Made by a program: the position numbers and the translations under genes. A stretch of DNA of 16,600 nt from positions 1-16,600 of the forward strand of contig RDNZ01000053.1 of assembly GCA_011364905.1 (NCBI GenBank). Reading direction: 5' to 3'. Origin of the DNA: Candidatus Thorarchaeota archaeon (lineage in GTDB: Archaea; Asgardarchaeota; Thorarchaeia; Thorarchaeales; Thorarchaeaceae). Positions 15,712 to 16,600 of the stretch are shown piece by piece; position 1 is the stretch's first letter, and each line of letters opens with the position of its first letter. The notes below the pieces were generated by a model, which was not told where the DNA came from, did not search any database, and saw nothing but the letters and a program-made list of their open reading frames with translations.

Positions 15712-15741
15712 GTCGGAGGAAATAACGGGAATTCCTCCGAC
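15712..15741. other. Perfect 10-bp stem-loop in the intergenic region after the ECF gene
   Basis: GTCGGAGGAA (15712-15721) / TTCCTCCGAC (15732-15741) with a 10-nt loop. Confidence 0.65.
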
Positions 15742-15882
15742 ACCACTTGTTCAAAAGTTCGTTGTCCTGAGACGAAGCTTCTTAAGACTTCACACGAAAT
15801 AGCCAATTGAAATAATGTCTTCGGACTCGTTTCGACCAACCCTCTACACAGTCAGGTCTGTTGAAGGAAGGAGAAATTAGAA

Positions 15883-16600
15883 TTGCAGTTTGGAATTGAA
15901 TCAATATATTGGTATATGTTGCTCATCGTACTCGCATTCTTCGTATTGATGTTCGTTGCGAGTGGGATTAAAGTACTCAAGGAATGGGAACGAGTAGCCA
16001 TACTCAGATTGGGTAAGTTCAAGCATATCAGAGGCCCAGGTGTGATATGGGTAACGCCACTACTTGATAAAGTTGCTATGAAAGTTTCACTCAGACTTCT
16101 AACATATGCTTTCAAGACAGAGAGGTCATTGACGAAGGACAACGTACCAGTCGTGGTTGACGCTGTAATGTATTTCCGAGTCATTGATGTTGAGAAAGCC
16201 ATCCTGAGTGTTGAGCGCTACACAGTCGCCGTGGAGTTGGCTGCTCAAACGACTCTGAGAGAAACCACTGGTAAGGTGACTCTAGATCAACTCCTATCTG
16301 AGAGAGACCAGATTGCTGGCCACCTTCAAGAACTAATAGATGAGAAGACTGAGCATTGGGGTGTTAAGGTGTCAAGTGTTGAGATTCGTGATGTTGTTAT
16401 CCCATCAGCCCTTCAGGACGCTATGAGCCGAGAAGCACAGGCAGAGAGAGAACGCAGAGCTAGGGTAACACTAGCCACAGCTGAGCTGGAAGCATCAGAG
16501 AACATGCTCAAGGCTGCACGTATCTATGAGGAATCCGCGGTTGGTTTCCAGCTTCGTCAATGGAACATCATGCAAGAAATCTCAAAGAACGCGAACTTGA
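15883..16600 (+). CDS. SPFH/band-7 stomatin (slipin) family protein, 3' partial
   Basis: Absent from the ORF track because it is open at the edge. TTG 15883 with AGGAG 9 nt upstream. Translation: TM segment, then SGIKVLKEWERVAILRLGK..RGPG..LTKDNVPVVVDAVMYFRVID.EKA..AQTTLRE..LDQLLSERD..WGVKVSSVEIRDV..AMSREAQAERERRA. Confidence 0.95.
   Translation, partial: MQFGIESIYWYMLLIVLAFFVLMFVASGIKVLKEWERVAILRLGKFKHIRGPGVIWVTPLLDKVAMKVSLRLLTYAFKTERSLTKDNVPVVVDAVMYFRVIDVEKAILSVERYTVAVELAAQTTLRETTGKVTLDQLLSERDQIAGHLQELIDEKTEHWGVKVSSVEIRDVVIPSALQDAMSREAQAERERRARVTLATAELEASENMLKAARIYEESAVGFQLRQWNIMQEISKNANL

Noticed and set aside
15696-15722. Hammerhead-like GUGAAGA...GAAA or SECIS-like element
   Set aside because: The core lacks C3 and the stem II closing pair, and no neighbouring gene has an in-frame TGA needing a SECIS.
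14918-16202. ORFs 14918-15331, 14924-15193, 15397-15708 and 15852-16202
   Set aside because: Shadows of the ECF and stomatin genes.
15883-16600. Stomatin without its usual NfeD partner
   Set aside because: The gene is truncated by the window edge, so a partner could lie downstream; solitary stomatins are also common.

Overview
Gene-dense window of moderate GC, most likely archaeal. Archaeal TATA/BRE-like boxes, GGAG(G)/AGGTG ribosome-binding sites and TTG starts support this; protein style suggests Asgard/Thorarchaeota, which is inference only. The left half is a complete family-5 peptide/nickel (Opp/Dpp) ABC importer split over two divergent units: oppC-oppB-oppA on the minus strand and oppD-oppF on the plus strand. 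Its binding protein is circularly permuted and its OppC carries a large extracellular insertion. The centre is the strongest candidate for an undescribed system. It comprises a 145-aa helical protein, a catalytically degenerate N-formylglutamate-amidohydrolase/Zn-exopeptidase-fold protein, and a ~1145-aa cytoplasmic GCS2-type carboxylate-amine ligase fused to about six tandem beta-sandwich (Ig/arrestin-like) domains. The right part holds a DUF92 membrane protein, a winged-HTH + pseudo-PfkB regulator divergent from an ECF S-component, and a partial SPFH/stomatin gene. No rRNA, tRNA, CRISPR array or mobile element was seen. All family assignments come from motif reading by eye, not from database searches.
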